A stretch of 64,000 nucleotides of DNA from a candidate division FCPU426 bacterium. GTDB lineage: Bacteria > Oederibacteriota > Muellerivitia > Muellerivitales > Muellerivitaceae. The stretch is taken from positions 1 to 64,000 of the forward strand of contig CAWKAR010000045.1 of assembly GCA_963847625.1 (NCBI GenBank), read 5' to 3'. A model generated the notes under the pieces. It was not told where the DNA came from, did not search any database, and was given only the letters and a program-made list of their open reading frames with translations. Below, one piece after another: positions 58,119 to 64,000 of this stretch; position 1 is the first letter of the stretch, and each line of letters begins with the position of its first letter. The position numbers and the translations under genes were made by a program.

Positions 58119-60338
58119 TTGCCGCCACGAAAAAAGAAAATCCAAATCGAACCCAAACCTTCCCGGGTTTCAAGCCTCGACCTGGCGAGGTTGCTGAACC
58201 TTTCCCACCGGGATCCCCACTCCATCCTGGGAATCCATCCGGACCCGGATGGCGTATTCATCCGTGTTTTCCGGCCCGAGGCCCTATCCATTACGGTCCT
58301 GGCGGGCAAGCGGGAAATACCACTCCAACCCATCGGCACCAAAGGCCTCTTCGAGACGTTGCTTCCCGGGGAGAAGGAATTCCCCCCCTATCGCGTGAGG
58401 GTGGAATACGCCGGCGGAAAGGCTTTCGAGTATTGGGACCCCTACGCCTTCTGGCCCACCCTGGGGGAATTGGACCTTTTCCTGCTGGGCGAGGGTAAAC
58501 ACGAAAGGCTTTACCAAAAGATGGGGGCCCACCCCATGCGCTGGCAGGATGTCGAGGGCGTTTCCTTCGCGGTTTGGGCTCCGGGCGGAAAAAGCGTGAG
58601 CGTGGTGGGGGATTTCAACGGTTGGGACGGCCGGTTGCACATGATGCGGTGCCTGGGTGTCTCTGGCATCTGGGAAATCTTCATCCCGGAACTGCCGGCC
58701 GGCACCATGTACAAGTACGAAATCCGGACCCCTTCCGGGATCATCCGCATGAAAGCCGATCCCTTTGCCTTCGCCACCGAGGTTCCGCCCAAGACCGCTT
58801 CCGTGGTGCACCGATCCTCTTACAAATTCAACGACGGGGAATGGATGGAGAGGCGGCAGAAAGCCGACGCCCTCCGGGAACCCCTGTCCATCTACGAGTT
58901 ACACCTGGAATCCTGGCGCAAGGTTCCGGAGGAGGGCAACCGGTCCCTGACCTACCGCGAGATGGCCTGCCAATTGGCCGATTACGTCAAGGAAATGGGA
59001 TTCACCCACGTGCAACTCATGCCCGTCATGGAGCACCCTTTTGGCGGATCCTGGGGCTACCAGGTTTCCTCCTATTTCGCGCCCACCTCGCGGTTCGGGG
59101 ACCCGGACGACTTCAAGTTCTTGGTGGACCACCTGCACCAAAACGGTATCGGGGTCCTCTTGGACTGGGTCCCGGCTCATTTCCCCAAGGACGATTTCTC
59201 CCTGGGCCGGTTCGATGGCACGGCCCTTTACGAGCATATCGATCCCCGGCAGGGGGAGCATCCGGATTGGGGCACCTACGTCTTCAACTTCGGCCGCAAC
59301 GAAGTGCGCAACTTCCTGCTCTCCAGCGCCCTCTTCTGGCTTTCCGAGTACCACGTGGACGGCTTGAGGCTGGACGCAGTGGCCTCCATGCTCTACCTGG
59401 ACTACAGCCGCCAGGAAGGGGAGTGGGTGCCAAACCAGTACGGCGGGAACGAGAACCTGGAAGCCATCTCGTTTCTCAAGCGCCTCAACGAGCTGGCCTA
59501 TGCCCAACACCCCGGGGTGATGATGATCGCCGAGGAATCCACGGCCTTCACGGGGGTGAGCAAGCCAACCTATACGGGCGGCCTGGGGTTCGGGTTCAAA
59601 TGGAACATGGGATGGATGCACGACACTCTTTACTACTTCAGCCGGGACCCCATCTACCGGCGCTTCGACCACAACAACCTCACTTTCGGCTTTCTCTACG
59701 CTTGGAGCGAGAACTTCATCCTGCCCTTGTCCCACGACGAGGTGGTGCACGGTAAGTGTTCCCTCATCGACAAGATGCCTGGGGATCGCTGGCAGAAGTT
59801 CGCGGGGCTTCGGTCGCTTTTCGGATATATGTGGGCGCATCCGGGCAAAAAACTCCTGTTCATGGGGGGGGAGTTCGCGCAATTTTATGAGTGGAACCAT
59901 GAGAAAAGCCTGGATTGGCACTTGACCCAGTGGGCGGACCATTGGCGCATGCAGGACTACATGAAGGACTTAAACCGGATTTATAAGGAAAATCCAGCCC
60001 TTTGGGAGGCGGATGTGGACCCCGCCGGGTTCCAGTGGGTGGACGTACACAACGCCAGCGAGAATGTCGTGGCATTCCTTAGGAAATCTCACAAAACCGG
60101 TAGGCAGATCCTCTGTATCGGAAATTTCTCGCCCGTTATCCGCTACAGCTACCGGGTAGGCCTTCCAAAGTGGGGATATTACAAAGAAATCATGAATTCG
60201 GATTCCAAACTCTACGGCGGTAGCAATTTCGGGAACGGGGGAGGGGTCCATTCCGAGGCCATTCCCCATCACGGCCTGCCGCATTCGGCCATCGTAGCCC
60301 TTCCGCCGTTATCCACCGTGTGGTTCGAGGCTCCCTGA
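58119..60338 (+). CDS. glgB: 1,4-alpha-glucan branching enzyme
   Basis: [48 protein letters not shown]. Confidence 0.97.
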   Translation: MPPRKKKIQIEPKPSRVSSLDLARLLNLSHRDPHSILGIHPDPDGVFIRVFRPEALSITVLAGKREIPLQPIGTKGLFETLLPGEKEFPPYRVRVEYAGGKAFEYWDPYAFWPTLGELDLFLLGEGKHERLYQKMGAHPMRWQDVEGVSFAVWAPGGKSVSVVGDFNGWDGRLHMMRCLGVSGIWEIFIPELPAGTMYKYEIRTPSGIIRMKADPFAFATEVPPKTASVVHRSSYKFNDGEWMERRQKADALREPLSIYELHLESWRKVPEEGNRSLTYREMACQLADYVKEMGFTHVQLMPVMEHPFGGSWGYQVSSYFAPTSRFGDPDDFKFLVDHLHQNGIGVLLDWVPAHFPKDDFSLGRFDGTALYEHIDPRQGEHPDWGTYVFNFGRNEVRNFLLSSALFWLSEYHVDGLRLDAVASMLYLDYSRQEGEWVPNQYGGNENLEAISFLKRLNELAYAQHPGVMMIAEESTAFTGVSKPTYTGGLGFGFKWNMGWMHDTLYYFSRDPIYRRFDHNNLTFGFLYAWSENFILPLSHDEVVHGKCSLIDKMPGDRWQKFAGLRSLFGYMWAHPGKKLLFMGGEFAQFYEWNHEKSLDWHLTQWADHWRMQDYMKDLNRIYKENPALWEADVDPAGFQWVDVHNASENVVAFLRKSHKTGRQILCIGNFSPVIRYSYRVGLPKWGYYKEIMNSDSKLYGGSNFGNGGGVHSEAIPHHGLPHSAIVALPPLSTVWFEAP

Positions 60339-60637
60339 GTAAAGGGTTGAGTTTTCCTTCAGAACACGTTGGGAATCCGCCAAAGTTCTGTTTTGGTCTT
60401 TTGATATGACTGTTGACTAAAGATCTGAACAACAAAAAAGTTACAGAACGTTGGATTTCTTGACCATTCCTTGCATCGACTGAAAGCAAAATCTGTTAAA
60501 TATATTTTTATTCCCAGAAAATTCATTGAAAAATTTGGATATTTTGTAAAATCGCGGTAATGTTTCTATGTAATCTCATTCGAGATTATTTAATCTTTAA
60601 TAAGCAATACTGAAATCATTTCAAGGTTTAATGAAAA

Positions 60638-63600
60638 ATGAAACCGGTTGAACTCAATAAAAAATTTGGATTATTGAAAACGCTTTTTCAATTTAATTTC
60701 CGTTTCCGCTATGGATTTTTGTCCCTCCTGGTGGTTTCGTTTTGGCTGAATAACGTAACCTATTCATCCGCGCAGGTCATCCATACCGCGTCCACTTCCG
60801 CGATCGCGATCCCGACCTTGATAGCGACACCCCAGTTTTGCCCCAGCGACACTCAACAGATCTATCAGGAGAACCAGCCGACCTATTACACCCAACCGAC
60901 TCTAACCGCTTGCGGTTACCCCGTCGGCACTTACGATCCAAACTACTATGCGGCGATTGATAGTTATGATTTCGGGGACACATCTGCATCAGGAGGATCT
61001 GGCGGCGGCAAGGGAGGGGTTGTTTGCGGAGCCTGCGCGGCCTTGACGAACACCGCCAATGCCAGGGCATGTACTGTCATGATCGTTGATGAATGCCCGC
61101 AGGGAGGAAACAACGCTAATAACTGCTGGAATGGGTCTTACCACTTGGATATTTCCTCGACGGCATACAACTATTTGTCAAATAACGCAAGTTTCCCGAG
61201 CAACACTGATCAGACTGGCCGGGACAGCTCGACGGTTGAGTGGTGGTTTGTCCAATGCCCCTTAACCGGTCAGGGCGCCGTTACCTTTGACAACACGACA
61301 GGCAACATTGCTTATGAATGGGCCAACAGCGCATCCAGCGGCTGGAATCCTCTTATGTTTTTGGATACACTTATTCCAATTAAATCCGTGGCTTATGGCT
61401 CCAGTTCATCCGGGCCGTTCACTTCCATAAGCCGGGATACCGGCAGCAGTCTCCCAAATTTTTGGTACGGTAGCAGTGCCTTCTCGGGGACCGAATACTT
61501 CCAAATCACAAGCTGGGAATCGACTACCCCCGTCACGATCGGTGTGAACGCCAGTAGTTATACCCCGAGTGAAGCGGCGCCTCCGGGAAACCCATCCACT
61601 AGCGGACAGATGCTGGGTTGCAACGCAACACCGGTGGCCACCAACACATTCACCATTACCTACACGCCCACCATTACCTATACGTATACCTATACACGCA
61701 CCTTTACTTATACTTATACCTATACGTCAACCCCGACGTCCACGAGGTCGAATACACCGACCAATTCTCCCACCGTTTCGCCCACATCTACCGCTACACC
61801 CACAAAAACGAATTCGCCGACCGGCACGTCCACCAGTACGGTGACCAATACCCATACCAGCACCGCGACTAGGACCAATACGCAAACGAATACGGTTACC
61901 TCTACCGCCACTCCCACCTCAACCACCACAAGGACGAATACCCTGACCAATACGCCAACGAATACGGTTAGCGCTACTCCCACACGGACGAATTCACCCA
62001 CCAATACAATTACGATTACGCCGACGAATACCCAGACGAATACGGCCACGAATACAGCGACTACTTCACCCACCGCAACGAGGACAAATACGCCTACCAC
62101 TTCGCCTACGAATACGGCGACAACTTCAGCGACCCCCACTCGAACGAATTCGCCCACCAATACTGCCACGATTACGCCGACGAATACTTTGACTAATACC
62201 CCTATAAATACGGTGACATCCACGTCAACCGCAACAAGGACGAATACTTTGACCAATACCCCTGTAAATACGGCGACGTCCACGTCAACCGCAACAAGGA
62301 CAAATACGGCGACCAATACGTTTACGGCCACGCCGACGAATACTTTGACTAATACCCCTGTAAATACGGCGACGTCCACGTCAACTACAACAAGGACGAA
62401 TACGGCGACCAATACGTTTACGGCCACGCCGACGAATACTTTGACCAATACACCCGTAAATACGGGGACGTCCACGTCAACCGCAACAAGGACGAATACA
62501 GCGACCAATACCCCTGTAAATACGGCGACGTCCACGTCAACCGCAACAAGGACAAATACGGCGACCAATACGTTTACGGCCACGCCGACGAATACTTTGA
62601 CTAATACCCCTGTAAATACGGCGACGTCCACGTCAACTACAACAAGGACGAATACGGCGACCAATACGTTTACGGCCACGCCGACGAATACTTTGACTAA
62701 TACCCCTGTAAATACGGCGACGTCCACGTCAACTACAACAAGGACGAATACGCCGACAGTGACTTCTACGGCAACCAATACCAACACGGGAACCACTTCA
62801 CCTACGCCGACTTTCACGATCACCTCAACAAGTACGCAAACTCCAACATCGACAAGGACGAACACATCCACCAATACGCCCACGAATACGGCTACATCCA
62901 CGCTTACCCCGACAAGAACGAACACGCTGACCAACACGCCGACAGTTACGCTCACCTACACCCCGACGATGACGCCAACGGCAACCGATACCACTACGGG
63001 AACCACTTCACCCACGCCGACTTTCACGATCACCTCAACAAGTACGCAAACTCCAACATCGACAAGGACGAACACATCCACCAATACGCCCACGAATACG
63101 GCTACATCCACGCTTACCCCGACAAGAACGAACACGCTGACCAACACGCCGACAGTTACGCCCACCTACACCCCGACGATGACGCCAACGGCAACCGATA
63201 CCACCACGGGAACCACTTCGCCCACGCCGACTTTCACGATCACCTCAACCAGTACGCAAACTCCAACATCGACAAGGACGAACACATCCACCAATACGCC
63301 CACGAATACGGCTACATCCACGCTTACCCCGACAAGGACGAACACTCTGACCAACACGCCGACGGCGACGATCACTCATACCCCGACGATGACGCCAACG
63401 GCAACCGATACCACTACGGGAACCACTTCGCCCACGCCGACTTATACGATCACCTCAACCAGTACGCAAACTCCAACATCGACAAGGACGAACACATCCA
63501 CTAATACGCCCACAAATACGGCTACATCCACGCTTACCCCGACAAGAACGAACACTCTGACCAACACGCCGACGGCGACGATCACTCATACCCCGACGAT

Positions 63601-64000
63601 GACGCCAACGGCAACCGATACCACCACGGGAACCACTTCGCCCACGCCGACTTTCACGATCACCTCAACCAGTACGCAAACTCCAACATCGACAAGGACG
63701 AACACATCCACCAATACGCCCACGAATACGGCTACATCCACGCTTACCCCGACAAGGACGAACACTCTGACCAACACGCCGACGGCGACGATCACTCATA
63801 CCCCGACGATGACGCCAACGGCAACCGATACCACTACGGGAACCACTTCACCCACGCCGACTTTCACGATCACCTCAACAAGTACGCAAACTCCAACATC
63901 GACAAGGACGAACACATCCACCAATACGCCCACGAATACGGCTACATCCACGCTTACCCCGACAAGGACGAACACTCTGACCAACACACCGACGGCGACG
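60638..64000 (+). CDS. Secreted expansin-like protein (DPBB + CBM63-like) with a very long Thr-rich stalk; 3' end beyond the window
   Basis: Manual translation from ATG 60638: signal-like segment, PTYY...ACGY...YAAI...CGAC...TVMIVDECP...HLDISSTAY...VEWWFVQCP, then TxT repeats. No stop seen to 64000. Confidence 0.85.
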   Translation, partial: MKPVELNKKFGLLKTLFQFNFRFRYGFLSLLVVSFWLNNVTYSSAQVIHTASTSAIAIPTLIATPQFCPSDTQQIYQENQPTYYTQPTLTACGYPVGTYDPNYYAAIDSYDFGDTSASGGSGGGKGGVVCGACAALTNTANARACTVMIVDECPQGGNNANNCWNGSYHLDISSTAYNYLSNNASFPSNTDQTGRDSSTVEWWFVQCPLTGQGAVTFDNTTGNIAYEWANSASSGWNPLMFLDTLIPIKSVAYGSSSSGPFTSISRDTGSSLPNFWYGSSAFSGTEYFQITSWESTTPVTIGVNASSYTPSEAAPPGNPSTSGQMLGCNATPVATNTFTITYTPTITYTYTYTRTFTYTYTYTSTPTSTRSNTPTNSPTVSPTSTATPTKTNSPTGTSTSTVTNTHTSTATRTNTQTNTVTSTATPTSTTTRTNTLTNTPTNTVSATPTRTNSPTNTITITPTNTQTNTATNTATTSPTATRTNTPTTSPTNTATTSATPTRTNSPTNTATITPTNTLTNTPINTVTSTSTATRTNTLTNTPVNTATSTSTATRTNTATNTFTATPTNTLTNTPVNTATSTSTTTRTNTATNTFTATPTNTLTNTPVNTGTSTSTATRTNTATNTPVNTATSTSTATRTNTATNTFTATPTNTLTNTPVNTATSTSTTTRTNTATNTFTATPTNTLTNTPVNTATSTSTTTRTNTPTVTSTATNTNTGTTSPTPTFTITSTSTQTPTSTRTNTSTNTPTNTATSTLTPTRTNTLTNTPTVTLTYTPTMTPTATDTTTGTTSPTPTFTITSTSTQTPTSTRTNTSTNTPTNTATSTLTPTRTNTLTNTPTVTPTYTPTMTPTATDTTTGTTSPTPTFTITSTSTQTPTSTRTNTSTNTPTNTATSTLTPTRTNTLTNTPTATITHTPTMTPTATDTTTGTTSPTPTYTITSTSTQTPTSTRTNTSTNTPTNTATSTLTPTRTNTLTNTPTATITHTPTMTPTATDTTTGTTSPTPTFTITSTSTQTPTSTRTNTSTNTPTNTATSTLTPTRTNTLTNTPTATITHTPTMTPTATDTTTGTTSPTPTFTITSTSTQTPTSTRTNTSTNTPTNTATSTLTPTRTNTLTNTPTAT
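62770..64000 (+). repeat. 210-bp (70-aa) intragenic tandem repeat, nearly six copies, preceded by 96/60-bp repeats (~62180-62750)
   Basis: GGGAACCACTTC at 62788, 62998, 63208, 63418, 63628 and 63838. Confidence 0.95.

Noticed and set aside
61720..63987. Val-rich minus-strand ORFs
   Set aside because: Reverse complement of the ACN Thr codons of the expansin-like gene.

Overview
Chromosomal window from a diderm bacterium. The Thr-rich secreted proteins and PNP...GLYY C-terminal domains resemble those of candidate phylum FCPU426-like genomes, but this is an unverified impression. The first ~16 kb is accessory and repeat-rich. It holds a MazE/MazF-type toxin-antitoxin pair, two palindromic boxes and a 19.5-unit 21/22-bp iteron/centromere-like array. 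The array runs straight into the ribosome-binding site of a 615-aa protein with a ParB-like HTH, a transmembrane segment and a PDZ-like domain. The same region has eight copies of a 76-84-bp covarying double-hairpin element flanked by CA/TG duplications, nested MITE-like repeats, and a divergent sigma54-type stress cluster. The rest is mostly housekeeping and envelope genes: DAHP synthase, plsC, rpsA, TPR + TonB-dependent-receptor-like pair, exbB/exbD/tonB, der-plsY-gpsA-HU/IHF-MerR, three tRNAs, acyP, a sigma70, apt and glgB. It also contains four GT-C-type glycosyltransferases, a catalytically degenerate FabD homologue, a complete IS4 with a 9-bp target duplication, and a GH57 gene split at a G7 tract. 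A >1100-codon expansin-like protein on a mucin-like Thr-rich stalk, absent from the ORF track, runs off the right end. All calls come from reading motifs by eye; no database searches were run.
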